NCBI GenBank assembly: GCA_964035545.1
Contig: OZ037767.1
Location: 24,072,628 to 24,136,627, forward strand
Source of the DNA: Bugula neritina
Taxonomy: Eukaryota; Animalia; Bryozoa
DNA: 64,000 nucleotides
Direction of reading: 5' to 3'
Both the position numbers and the translations under genes were made by a program. Below are positions 28,401 through 42,000 of this stretch, piece by piece. Position 1 is the first letter of the stretch, and each line of letters starts with the position of its first letter. The notes beneath the pieces were generated by a model. That model ran no database searches, was not told the DNA's origin, and saw nothing but the letters and a program-made list of their open reading frames with translations.

Positions 28401-31400
28401 AAGCAGCTAACTTTTTCAACAAAAATTTGGCCATAAACAAAAAAAAATTGGAGACCAAGCTTAAGCAAAATGTCCAAAAAATAATATAAGCATGTAAAGA
28501 TATCAATGCACATACACTTGAGCTACATATTGCACTTAGTTTTAAGCGAGTTATATTTATAAAGAAGTTAGGGCATGCATACTGTTACCAAATAGCAGTT
28601 ATGACTACAGCAGCTCTACTGTAGGCTGAAGCATAGTTTGATGTCAGACAGCATAATTCAGACACAAGTATTTACATACAACTGAAGTATTGGCTTGTGA
28701 AACGGGATTCTATACGGAATATGTTAGCCAAGTTAAAAGTTGCTGAGTAATTGAATTCATATGAAAGCTTCAACTAATATTATGAGAGAAAGATAATTTC
28801 TGATCAAACTATAAACCAATTTGATATTTTATGCTGCCGGACATCAAAACATTCATGCCGTAGGGCAGCGCAGCACTCACATTACTGGAAATCACACTAG
28901 CTGAAGAGGACTTGACAACGGCAGCGGTAGCGGCAGCAGAGGTCAACTTCCGGTCAGTAGCATTGTTGTCAAACACAGCACTTGTGCTGCCAGTCTTTCT
29001 GAGACCCGCGCGCCACGAAGTGGGGCCAGGGGAGGCGGGGGTGTTGGCAGTATTAATATCGTAGTCTGATGAAGACGATCTTCTAAATACCAGTAGCTGC
29101 TCGAAAACACACACAACAGTGAGAAGAGAGGAGGTGTAGAGTTTAGAGCCGCAGACGGCCTGTGATGGTGGAGATGATTCCCAAAACGATTCACAACTAT
29201 ATGTTTATATAGTAGTAGTCATACACAGCAACAGACATACTGAAAATGGTGACGCTTGTTGAGAAGAAACTATTTACAGAGCAGGAAAATGTATAGACAT
29301 TAGAAGATAACTCCTTCAAAAAAGCAGAACAATCCAGTTTTCATAGTCCAGAACCAGATACAGAGCAACATGGTGGAGCTGAAAAGGTGCAGGAGAACTC
29401 AGTAATTCACCAGTAAGTCATCATCACAGTAAACTGTACTTCGTGTGATAAGATAATCAAAGGACGGAAGATGAATTGAGAGAAGAAAGTTCAACAGCTT
29501 GTAGAGTTATCTCTCCTTTCACAATGCAGTGACACATGAAAATATAAAACTGTTCAACCTATTTGAGAGCATAACTCCTGCAAAGTCACATAACCATTTC
29601 GTGTTATAAATATAATTCACATGCCAAGACAGAGCAGAGAGTGACACCAGACCAGCCAGCAAGTGTTCAGCTCCATCCAGATTACTCGAAGACAGTCTGC
29701 GACAAATCCAACTCATTCATTTAGGGTGACTAGTTACAGGGCACTACACAGTACTAGCACAGCTTAATAGCAACTTAAAGCACACTACTGCAGTGACTAA
29801 CGGAAATGTTGAGCTACTTAACTAACAAGTGCTAACTACAGGTATACGTGACATTGTGCACTATACACACTGCACATTCTACAGCATCGCAAGTGTAACA
29901 CAATGACAACACAACAACTCACGCACGAGAAACGTAAAACAGCAACATGTTGCATTTCTAAGACAGGACTACATAATAGAAATGTCTATCAATATCAGAA
30001 AACACTGTTAGTCCTGAGTGAACACCATTTTTAGTATTTAGAAGAATTTATGGAGAAGTAATGAAACTGTAAAAATCTGCACAGGCCTTGCAGAGCATTA
30101 CGCATAAAGAGAAAAAAATTGGTAAAATTAGGAAAATTCACTTTTAGTAAAACTAGACACCTAGAAAGGGCTGTAAAGCATATATACCTCATTGTATTGA
30201 TCAGCTTGCTCCTTGCTGTCACTAGAGGAAGACGTAGTGGTGGATGTAGATGGGGGCACGACAGCCACCGGCGTACTTGGCTTTACCTCTGCAACAGACG
30301 GTTACACAACAATATTACTATATCCAACAACTTAACTCACATACAGAGTATTGAACTAGCAGTGTAGTTAAAATCACAGCACTTCAACACCAACCATTAC
30401 ATTTAAATAAAATGTGGATAAATCAACAGTTTAGCCCAATGTTTTTATTTTAACATAATTTCTCAATTGCCAAACACATAAATCTGGAATGTTTTCACAA
30501 GCGCAGTTTCCATTCCACTGTTTAGTTGCCAAAGGCTGGTGCACACAACTCTACCTGCTCGCCAGCCCAAGAAAACTAAACTTACCTCTCGTAGATAGAG
30601 GCTTATCTGACTGAGAACTTTTCTGCACTTCTGGTGATTTTACCTGCAAGAGTAATATTAACACCTTGTAACAATGTAACAACCACTCTGCATACAGCTT
30701 GCATCTTACAGTCCAAGCTTTACATGTGGCAATGACAACCTTACCAATCATCAAAAAACACTTTAATAGAAAGACGACTGCTAACAAAATATGTTGAAAT
30801 ATTCTGGCCAAGAGAAGAAAACTCTAATAAATTAGAGAGGAAGAGAGGGGAATACTTGTGAGATCAGAGACTCATGTATCTAACGAAACAACTTGTCGTC
30901 TTTGAATTCACACAAAAAGGATTTTCTTTGCATATATATGAATAATATTCCGTTTCTAATGTCGATGGAAAAATTCACTAGAGTAGCACATCATACATGT
31001 GAGAACAGCAACAGCCCCGTAACTCAAATGAGGTGCTTGTGAAAGAAAAAAACTATAAAACCTTCAGCCACAGAGTTTTCTACTTACAGATGACTTTGGC
31101 GTCTCTTGAGTTTTCTGATCCTCTAGCAGTTTGCTTTGGCTCCTATGGGATTCGTCTGTAAACAAAACAGAACTAAAATAGTTCACAGAAAGAAACAGAA
31201 ATGGCTGCAAGAAAGAAAACTAAGAAAGACTTGAGTAATCACAAGATAACGGCACTGGCTGCTAGGAGTTGCCTTCTCTTTTCAGGAATTCATACATAAA
31301 ATTATAGCTTTACTTACAGTATTTAATGAATTTTCTTCAGCCAAATTATATAATATATAAAAAATAAAAACTGCAGTGTTTAATGACTTTGCTTCACGCA

Positions 31401-34400
31401 ATTATTGAGCCTACCAAACAAAAAATTAGATGGTTATACAGTTTTTACAAAAATTATTATTGAAAATTTCAAACTATAGTTCAATTGGTTGGAAATATTT
31501 TTCATTTATAGAAAAATCAAAACAGCTTCATCTAATTTCTGAGAAGAATCAATAAAATCTGTTGATTACACTTTCAAGCACTTACAATCTTTAGATTAGT
31601 CAATATCAACAAAATGGGTAATAGCGAGGCCAACTTGTGAAAAAGAAGACAACCCTAAATATTTAAGTTTGGATGATAGTTATTTATAGAATATACTAAA
31701 TAAAATAAAGCTAGTTATACGAATACAGGCCAGCACCACCGATTGAAATGACATAATCAGTAAGGAAACAACAACTGCACCTGTTTCCAGCTCCTCAGAG
31801 ATCTTATTCTTAGCTGCGAGCACAGTTCCTCTCTCCTCTAAGCTAGCTACATGGGCAAGCTTCTCCTTGTCTTCATTAGACATTCTCGTCACTGATGTGC
31901 GGCGAACAATCTGCCGGGGCTTCATCACCATATCATCAAATGAATCCTTCTTTTCAACAGACCGTAACTAATAAATAAAACAACTGAGTGTACAGTTAGT
32001 CACCAAATCATATTTAGATTAACTTAATATATAAGAATGTGCTGTTATATTGTGCATATTGCATTATTTGATGTTGAACCTTACATTTTATATTACATTA
32101 CACCAGGCGTTTGCAATAGTACAGTATTCTTTCTGCATAAAACTAATATCTAAAATCTAATTAGATACTCATAATCCTAAAATATCCTGATATAAAGTTA
32201 TCACAATAACACTATCAACAGAGTAATCATGGCAACAGAAGTTCATTTACTGCAGAGGCTGATTTGGCAGCACTAGCAGATAATACTCTACTTTATTCTG
32301 TACTGACAGGGACAGAGATAGGAGATTGCAATGGCAGCGTAGAAAAGACATAACATTTGAGCAAATAGATTAATCAACCTGAATTGAATGTAATCTATAT
32401 ACACTTCTATGTGTATTAGAATTCAACTACGAGAAAATTAATAAGCAAATAACAAGAAAAATCGTAATATTGACATTTATCAATACAGGCTGGAACAAAG
32501 ACTGAACATTGACTCGCAGAGGCTAACATTATACGTAGGAGTTACCTCAGAAGATAAGTAGGGTCGGTACTGTAACTAGACAATGTGGTAATGTAATAGT
32601 AACTCTACATTCCAACTGCTGATCATAACAATAAATGGCCAACTGAGCAACCTAAAAAGCTTCCATTGAAGCCATGCAAAGTCTATAACAACTCAAATAA
32701 ATTCATGCTTTGGGCCGAAGCTGCTTTTAAAATCTCATCCTTACAATTCTGTAGGACTACAAGCTTCTTTTAGATACATGTTAAGAGTATATAGACATAA
32801 GCATGCTATATCTGATATCAAGTATGTGACATGAGACATCTCCAAGTAATAGTTGAAACTGAATTATAATGGGTTTGTTTTACACCTGCGTTGGGGTCAA
32901 AAGTTTCATGGGCAGACAATTCTCAAATACTGTATATTCAAGATTAAAAAACCAGCTTCTCCACTGTATACTGTTTGTATTCAGTGAATACACGTCTATT
33001 ACTAGCAGTACATAAGGACACTAAATTCACTTACACTTTTCTGTTTCTCATACAACTCAGCCATGAGTTTAACGAGACTCTCGTCTGCCTGCTCGGCCGC
33101 CGTCTTGCCATGCTTATCCCGGAGGTCCATGTCGCACAGCGCCTCCACCAGTACCTTGCAAGAGTCCTCCTGGCCCCAGTGGGCAGCACCATGCAGAGGG
33201 GTCCACCCGTCAAAGTCTTGGTGGTTGATATTAGCACCAGCTTCTATGAGGGCCCTGTAAACACACTCATCTATTAAGGAGCTGAACAAAGAGACTACTT
33301 AGTTCCATTGAGAGTGAGTGACAGTGAAGTAGTGAGAGTGAAATAGTAAAATAGTGAGAGAGTGAGTGAGTTATCACAAACTTCTCTAATCAAATTGACA
33401 AAATTTCATCCCATTCTGTTTCATTGCTACTCAAATAATCAAATCAAGTGTTACCATAAAAACAAAGAGCACAACAAGTAAACATTATCTGGTCCACAGT
33501 GAGTTTGGGTAGTTTACTGTTGTGTCAAAACCTGATTACACTAAACAGTAAAAATATAGTATCAACTGCATACATCATAACATTATGGTATCCTTTAGCG
33601 GCCGCTACGTGTAACGCTGTGGCACCAGTTTTAACATCTTCCAATTCTGGCCTTTCTGGGTGCATTTGCCATTCCTTGGCATCATTCAGCATGGTGATAG
33701 CTTCAGCACATCTCGCCTCGTAGGCATTTATATCTGAAACATTAGTTGATTAATTAATGTAAACTGAAAGAGGAGTTATTGAAAATAACAATTTTTCTGC
33801 AAGGGGGTTCATATACTAAAGTCTTGAAGTACACAAACCAATTTTTCATTTTTAATTGTTCACTGCTTAACTCAACAATTCTCCACAAATGCATACTATC
33901 CATATTCACAATAACAACATTTATTTTGTTAAACTAAAGAATATTTATTCAATCATATTACCTTGTGCAAAAAATGGTGCATTTGAAAAATGAGGAGGCC
34001 GTAATTATTATATAGTTATTTTTCTTGACTAATGTCTAGAGTTTTAAGGAGGGGAGATAACAATGGAGTTGAGAACATACTTTGACTATTCATGACTGAA
34101 GCAAGGAGGTTTTCCATATCTGAGCCTTCTGCTATGTCCAAAGCTAAGTCACCATCGCTATTGCAGGCAGCAACATCGGCTCCTTGTTTAATTAAATAGC
34201 TACAAGCGCATCATATCTGCTAGATTGTGTTACACATGCAGAGCATCATGAGCATATACTCATTATATATACATAATAGGCATAGGTAGCATGCTATATA
34301 TGCATATCGGCAGCCAATACACTAACCTATAGAAGAATTGCTGGTTAATTACCAGAAGTAATTGCTGTTCATACGAGTGTTAACTACACAATTAGTGAAC

Positions 34401-37400
34401 AATGCTAGTAAGGAATGATATCACATAGTAGAGCTATTAAATCCATCTCACTTTGGCAGTAATTGGTACAAGTACATAGACTGCTTTACCTAACTATTAA
34501 TATGCCAACATTGCTACGAGGGTACACTGAACTATGGTATATAAAACTACTTGGAACACAGTGTATATCTGAAGTTATCTTCTCAAATCAATAACCAACC
34601 GTTGAACTGCAGTATTTCTGCACACTAGAGGCTGACTGTCATATGAATAAAAATGCCAACATTTGAAATTTTTTCATGTTTTGTTAATTATTAATCATAG
34701 AAAGGAATAGTCATTTAAAATGCATCATTAAATTTCCTGCTGACAAATAAATGAAATTTATAGACTTTTTGCTCTTATCAAGTAATAATTTGATATTGTT
34801 ATACTGGCACCAACCATAGAGAAATCTAGAAAGACAATCATAGGAAATGATAACGTAGGGGTAACTGGAGTTGCCTCACCTTGCAATATCGATGTACCCA
34901 CAACTAGCTGTGGCATGCAACGGTGTCCACCCTTCATTGTCTGGCACATTGACTTTTGAACCATTCTTGACGAGAAATTCCACCATGGATATATTGTCAT
35001 CAATACACGCCTGCAAGAATCCACCACCACTATTACTACAGTAACACCAGTACTGTATGGTAATGGAAAACAGCTTGTAGAACTAATTATTCTAAAATAA
35101 CGCACTAATTGTAGTCATCATCAGGCTGAATATGAATAAACAGCATCTATTGCTATTTGATGGCATGGGGAGACAGATATAAAGCCTACAAGGGTACTAG
35201 CCACCTAAGCTAAAGAAACACAAGATCAGCTCTTCTAAATTACTCAATAAAACTTCTGAGAAGATAAAATAAGGAAATTACAGTTTATCGTTTACAAGTG
35301 GCAGGCAAGTGTGCGAAAGGGCTGCAGGTCATGTGTGTTGGCTGCACATGTGGCAACCTATACCACTGATATGGCCACATACAGCACGCATAGCTAAAGC
35401 CAGCCAAGTCAGCAAACATCCAATATGGGATATTGACACAAAAGTGTGTTTGCCTTCAGCATTAAAAATATAGGTTAACGAATCGCCCATGAAAGGTTGA
35501 TGACTGGTACTGTAATGTATAGGCATAAGTATACGTAACCATGTATATACTACTCGTAGTGCAATAGAGGCTTAACACTGTACAGCTGTAGTAGTATATT
35601 ACACTATATCATTATTAACAGGGGTTGTAGTAATTATATTCAAGTCTTTTGTTAGTATTATAATGAAGGCCTGTTGTTTTCAGAACCTTTCAGTTGACAA
35701 ATAAAGTCCAGTAAACTCAGCCTCAATGTTACAGCATCTTACTTTGACTTTCCCTGGACTTTCTCAGGATCTGAGGAGAGACCTGGGGGGCATATGAGGA
35801 GAGACCTGAGGTATATGAGGAGAGACCTGGGGTATCTGAAGAGAGATCTGGGGAACAGCCCACCATCCCATGTTCGACTAAAGCACTACTTAACTAGTAT
35901 TACTCCATTAAATGGAAATATAGTCAAAGGTTGTACTGTGTGACTTAAACTGCACTGTAATACGTAATAGCTAACTAGTTTAAAACCCAGTAGCAGTACT
36001 GAGCAATAACCCCCCCCCCCCAACTATATTGAAGTATGGGCGCGATAAGAGGCAGTACATTGGGATTAGTGCAGAGTTGCACATCTTACCAGCTGGCCAG
36101 AACCTACTCTACTCTAAGATAAGGCACAGTATAACAGGCCAATTACAATACTGCAGCTCTGCCCAGCACAGTTAGTTTACTTGCGGTCTGTCCGTCTACA
36201 ATCAACTGAATGTTCTGGCAATAGACCATGTAAGTTTGGTACATTTAGTACCTTGTACCAATTCTAGAATACTCACCACTATAACTTATATAAACTTCTG
36301 CAAGTTCAAATGCAAAATGCATACTTCTAGGAAATAGCTGTGCAACTTTTATTACATGCATTATTTTATTTCATATCTTAAATTTATGAATCGTGAGTTC
36401 ATTTTTCAAAATGTTTAATTTAAGTGCTTACAAAATGCAAATAAAAAGTACAAGTTTAAAAAAATACCCTGGTGCAAATTGACCACAGCCCCAGCTGTTT
36501 TGGCAAAACACATTTAATGACATTTTCATTGACATAGTGGTAAATAGGCTGGTTGTTTTTGGCAGATGGGTAGCACGCTGGCTGGCTGCAACTTTATACA
36601 ATTCTGATTGGCTGGACTCTACCTGACCAGCTAATGATTGTATCTGATTGGCCTAATAATTCATTTGCATTTGAAAATATAGAGTTTTATATAAGTTATA
36701 GTGGTGATATTTTAGAGTTGGTACACGCCCCTTTTTTGGTTGAGTTTTATAGTTTGATCATGCTGTAGTCATCTACAATACTTCAGTGTATGGGGAAATT
36801 ATTAGTATTACGAAATCTGTTTTGGCTTATATTGCTATGCCAGTTTTCTGACTTGGTCTGTAATAAACCATAGGCAGCTATATAACTTAGGTGATTTCAT
36901 CGAAGGTAGACACTGTTTAGGTGCAGCAAATCAAACACTGTTGTTACTATTGCAAAACAGTAGCAATAGCATAGCACAGTCAGCAAACTGTAATGGCAGT
37001 GCTGCACCATATTTGTCATCACTAGCATATATTTACAGCACACTGACGAACACATGTATAAGCTTGTGCTAAGCATAAATTAGTTGCTTATGTACCCACC
37101 ATTATTTTACTTAAAAAAATTACAACAGTAATTTTTTTAACTTGGTTGCATATTTATTTGCAGGAGTTAAAATGCACAGCTTTTAGCAATAGACAACATA
37201 GACGATTTATATAAAAATGAGCTTTAACCTGTAGTGCTTGGCATGCTAGTCTATACTGTTACTTGATATCATGACCATTTTGTACGTGATTTACTTAGTG
37301 GAACAGCATGTTTATCCCACAAATGCAATGCCATCAGCCATAGGACAATATAGTCCAGTTTTTTCAACTATGAAGTAATTTTGTTAGCAGCTTGCTTCAT

Positions 37401-40400
37401 TTTTAAGTGATATTTAACGTGAGCTTCTCAGTCTCACGTCATTGTTTGAGGAAATATCTGCACCTAGCTCTGAAGCTATACTAATGAGTTTTCAATACAT
37501 GTTTTTCCTCACTCAAAGTAATCATCAACCACCATTGAGGCAGGAAGATGACAAAAAAATTCTGAGGGCTAGTATCCAATACCATATGCCAGCCATTAAA
37601 ACTTCACTATAGTACTTCCGGAGCACACCTATTTCTACTACATGGCGATTTTCATACAGTATTTACTTATTTCCTGGCCATGCCACCTGGAAAGAAAGGC
37701 CATTTTCAACTGACTAGAATGCAGTAACTTTAAACTAAATTAATTGCTATCCTTAGAATCCAGGTTAAAAGAGCAATCAACCCATAAAGGACTTGATATC
37801 CCAAATAGTCCTGGAGGTGTAAGCTTACTGTTTGCGCCTCTTTTAGAAAAGATTATAATAGTCTGATGTGCTTTCTGCAGCCACCTTTGGTAACCAATAA
37901 AGTGTAGCACTTTATAATATTTTTCTTGGTGTGCTATTGTATATGCATGTGCTATACTACTATGCTTTGTAAGTTAAAGTCTGATATTAATGGTTTTTGG
38001 GTGAAAGAAAATGGCAGCTCAGACTCGATGCTTATTTTTGCAAAATACAAACTCATGTATGGATAATATTCTGTTGGTAACAATGTTGTATGCAGTCAGT
38101 GTTGAAATATAATGCCTTCATTACAGTTTTAGTGGGATCAGCGTCTTCTCTGTAACTATCATGTTGCATCACACAATATGAAAAAAATGTTCATCAAATC
38201 CAATGTTTAATCACCATTTATTCTAGCATACCAGAGAATCTTTGTATTTTACCCAACTGACTAAAACATGTATTGAAAACTCATTAGTAAAATTGTTGAT
38301 GTTATTGCAGTAGCTTCACTGCTAAGTGTAGGCACTTCATCCAGCAATGGTTTGAGGCTGATTACTTTACAGTTGAAAGAATCTAAGAGTCTAGATTCTA
38401 GACTATATTGTCCCATGGCTAATGTCATGCTGTTTCGCTAAGTAAATCGTATACAAGAAAGGGTTATCAACATGGTATTATATGGTGATGATACCAACTG
38501 GCAATATAGACCCACATGCAAGGCATTACATGTTAATACTAATTTTTATACAAAATGTCTACATTATCTGTGCAATTAAACTTTTGCAAATTAATATGTG
38601 ATTGATTAAAAAAGCTAATGCTATATAAATTTAAAAAACAGTAGTGAGTACGCAAGCAAATAATTTATGGTTAGCGTAGGTTAATGCATTTGTAATATGC
38701 GTGTGAAGCAATTTTTTAAATTATTATATTCAAGTAAACTGAAGCGCAAAATAATCAGACTATGAGAATGTATTCAGTAATATGCATTGATTTAAAACTA
38801 AATCATGAAATGATTATCATTATTGCAACCTCTGTACTTGGTAGACAGGATAGAGAGGGGTGGTGTGACTGCTGTAACTGTGTTACTGCTCTACATACTA
38901 ACAGACTAGGCTAGTGTTTTTAAGTGCCTTACATAAGATATTTTAATAAAACTGGTGAGTTTAGTGTGGCCACTGCCATTGCAGCTTGGTGACTGTACTA
39001 GTGTGCTATGCTCTCACTACTGCTTTACAATACAACCAAGTAACAGCACTGGTTGATTTGATGTTCTAAGGCCTAAAGTAATGTCTACCTTTGATGAAAT
39101 CACCTAAGTTAGAACAGCCTGCATATAGTTGATGAAAAACTAAGTCAGAAAACTGGCATAGCAATATAAGCCAAAACAGATTTCGTAATACTAATAATTT
39201 CCCCATACACTGAAGTATTGTAGATGACTACAGCATGATCAAACTATAAAACTCAACCAAAAAAGGGGCGTGTACCAACTCTAAAATATCACCACTATAA
39301 CTTATATAAAACTCTATATTTTCAAATGCAAATGAATTATTAGGCCAATCAGATACAATCATTAGCTGGTCAGGTAGAGTCCAGCCAATCAGAATTGTAT
39401 AAAGTTGCAGCCAGCCAGCGTGCTACCCATCTGCCAAAAACAACCAGCCTATTTACCACTATGTCAATGAAAATGTCATTAAATGTGTTTTGCCAAAACA
39501 GCTGGGGCTGTGGTCAATTTGCACCAGGGTATTTTTTTAAACTTGTACTTTTTATTTGCATTTTTTAAGCACTTAAATTAAACATTTTGAAAAATGAACT
39601 CACGATTCATAAATTTAAGATATGAAATAAAATAATGCATGTAATAAAAGTTGCACAGCTATTTCCTAGAAGTATGCATTTTGCATTTGAACTTGCAGAA
39701 GTTTATATAAGTTATAGTGGTGAGTATTCTAGAATTGGTACAAGGTACTAAATGTACCAAACTTACATGGTCTATTAACTGTACGCCAACGTGATTATTA
39801 CCAAATAGTTACTGTACAGGCAGAGTATGAGTAGAGTATGCAAATGCCAGTGTGTTAATGCAACTAGTCCAGGTTAGTGGCTGCAGCATTGATGATTCAA
39901 GCTGAGTAGTAGAGATGCACCTGCATTAACATATTTTATAAGGAGAGAGCCTCACCCGTACATACATATGCATTTAGTGTATATGTATGTCTCACACATC
40001 CTAATCAAAACCCTGTGCCCTAACCATATGATAATGTATGGGCTCTGCTTGAAGATGTTAAAAGCTAAACTCAGATACTACATTAGAAGCATACAGTTCT
40101 GCATACTGTGTATATTCCAATGACCGGCACAGAGAAAGGACTATACTAAAGACCGTACAGCGAGAGTAGCAGCTGCTGCAAGAGAACTGTAACACCAGTT
40201 ACATCTTAATAGGCCATAAAACAACTCAGGCCATAACAGGCCTACAACAAACCTAAGGTCTACCAGGGCATTGTTAGTACACCAGTTAAACAATAAAACG
40301 TTTTAATGATATTGTGGCATTTAGTTGTTTATTCAACTTGCTCACCTCCAGTTACATCTCCCACCATTACCTGCACCAGGTTAACCTGGGCTGGACTTCT

Positions 40401-42000
40401 ATTATTGCCACATGGAATTTACCATTAAAGCAAGAAATAGCTACATTGTTATAGGTGCTGTGGGGAAGGTTCTAGATGAACTTTTAGCCAGCATGATGGA
40501 TGGAACTTGGCAAAAGATACTCATTATTCATTACGGTAACCACTTGCAAGCCTTTCTCCAGAGCTTGCATGCTAACTAGGAGCAGAGTTGAGGGAACAAG
40601 ACTTTCCAGCTACTGGACTGGCAGATATGCATGTTGATGGGATTTTAATAGGAAACAATAGTAGATGGATACAGCACGCACCTGTCTACACTGGGTTGAC
40701 ATTATATAATGATATAATAACAAGGTGCATGAGCTAACATCTAGCATATCATGTTAATACAACAGGGTATCAATCGTGAGTTATTAGTGAGCTAAAGGGG
40801 CAAATTTCAGCTAGTTGTAGCTGTAGAGAGATGTATGATTATAGGGGTGGCCAAAAGGTGTGCAACAGTATCCCAAACCCAATATTAGGGCTGCAACCGT
40901 CCAATTCTTTGCAAACCACAGAAATGTTGATAAACAATTGCTGCATTAAATGCCGACCAAGTTGAAACAATTTTTAGTCCGTGTCCTGGGAATAACCTTA
41001 TATGTTGTAACTACAGGAAGGCACACACTAGCAAGGTATGAATATGTAGTATAGCTTAAATATTTGCAGTATTATCAGCGCATTTTTCAAGTCATTAAAA
41101 GCAACTTGATAAACATGATTGCAAACAACTAAACCGTAAACAGCTGTAGTTAGATGTGAATAATCAGAGTCACACAATATGGTGCACATTAAGTGTTACA
41201 ACTGCTACTGCACACAATGTGATTGTTAGTTGATGAACATTTGATATGCTTCCGAGTACAGTCGCTGTATTGCACTATTCTAACAAGGCACTCACTGCAA
41301 CCTATTGCACAGCTTGGTAGAAACACTGCCACTGCTGCCATTCGAGCATTAGACTAGTAGTAATGTTATACGATGTGACCAGGTACGCAGACCGGCAGCC
41401 TATGTAAATAATGTCATAGCTGTATAATGCCATTATAGAGTGGGGAGACAGCTAGAGAGTTTATCAACATTTCTAACAAAAAACTCTTCCCGGCCTTGAA
41501 GAGGAGCGGTTGCATTAAAATAAAACAGCTACAGATGAACAAATTGGGGGCAGCCGTGGTATAGGGGTTAGATCGTTTGCCTAGTAATCACGAAGTCATG
41601 GTATTGAGCCTGACAAAGGAAGAGCATCCAGTCATAATTGCTCCTGTGCCCCTTCTGAATAAGTCCATAAGGGGTTTTCTCACCGAGATGGTGACTATAA
41701 ACTTTCGTGAGTTATAGATGAAGACATACAATGCGTTACCTGGTGCAGTGCTGTCAGGCCATCACAGTTGACAGAGTTGGGATCAACTCCCTGACGTAGC
41801 AACTCTTTCACTTCCTGCCGATCACACTGACTAGATGCTGCCAGAAACGCTATACCTTTATCAAACTGTACTCTTGTATTTATATCTTTCTTATACCCAG
41901 GTTCTCTGTCAGTGTCTGAATTAACCCATCTGTCCAGCTGTTTCTGCCGAACAGCATAGTTATTGAGCATAAGCCCAGATTTATCTCCATCGGTTAGCAT
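16488..42000 (-). CDS. PPP1R12A: Protein phosphatase 1 regulatory subunit 12 (MYPT1/Mbs family myosin phosphatase targeting subunit), multi-exon
   Basis: First coding exon 42000-41740 has the MyPhoNE motif (RQKQLDRW), RVxF (RVQF) and DGLTALHQ. Ankyrin exons lie at ~35011-34880, 34199-34081, 33733-~33574 and ~33254-33035. WRAGLRKTGS is at ~29000, RRSTQ (T696-type site) at ~27430 and RRSTG (T853-type site) in exon 23647-23523. Coiled-coil exons are 19294-~19118, ~18768-18624 and 17661-17611, and the terminal exon 16574-16488 encodes KMELVKQDNTRLKEENGALIRVISKLSK*. Probably co-orthologous to vertebrate PPP1R12A/B/C. Confidence 0.95.
17187..17279 (-). CDS. Alternative terminal leucine-zipper exon of PPP1R12 (KYSVCEAENEKLREENRALTRVVAKLSSSD*)
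   Basis: tgttgtag acceptor, phase 0 like the canonical last exon, 31 codons ending TAG directly followed by donor GTAAGG; clearly homologous to LKEENGALIRVISKLSK. Confidence 0.85.
   Translation of the reverse strand, partial: KYSVCEAENEKLREENRALTRVVAKLSSSD
18805..19045. repeat. 23-bp minisatellite (~10 units)
   Basis: ACAGTGTAGATATTATATAGATA units in a PPP1R12 intron. Confidence 0.92.
20615..20946 (-). CDS. Probable alternative first coding exon of a short PPP1R12 isoform (ATG at 20911; Ser/Tyr/Gly-rich)
   Basis: Open frame MSYYSGRYTSPNSL...RSNDN ending at phase-0 donor GTAAGG, in frame with the exon starting at 19294; context gcaacATG; acceptor ctacag at 20947 is out of phase with the upstream coding exon ending at 22810. 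Confidence 0.6.
24535..24870. repeat. Degenerate ~20-bp repeat (AGAGTTGCAGAAGACAAGT-like)
   Basis: Recurring TTGCAGAAG cores. Confidence 0.6.
35770..35853. repeat. ~20-bp purine-rich tandem repeat (TGAGGAGAGACCTGGGG), 4 units
   Basis: Directly visible. Confidence 0.85.
36220..36859. mobile_element. ~640-bp non-autonomous DNA transposon/MITE-like element, copy 1
   Basis: Imperfect terminal inverted repeats AGACCATGTAAG...CTGACTTGGTCT, internal sub-terminal inverted repeats, no ORF; near-identical inverted copy at 39142-39776. Confidence 0.75.
39142..39776. mobile_element. Inverted near-identical copy 2 of the same element
   Basis: Reverse complement of 36220-36854 over 635 bp; one substitution noticed by eye. 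Confidence 0.8.
41546..41703 (+). mobile_element. tRNA-derived SINE copy (same family)
   Basis: GGGGCAGCCGTGGTATAGGGGTTAGA head, shared 34-nt core and shared GTGACTATAA tail with the copy at 5092-5271. Confidence 0.8.

Noticed and set aside
27431-33260. Plus-strand ORFs opposite PPP1R12 exons (27431, 32975, 33063; likewise 22817)
   Set aside because: Antisense shadows of real coding exons with no independent gene structure.
36860-39141. Transposase between the inverted arms
   Set aside because: No ORF of 60 aa or more and no catalytic motifs seen.
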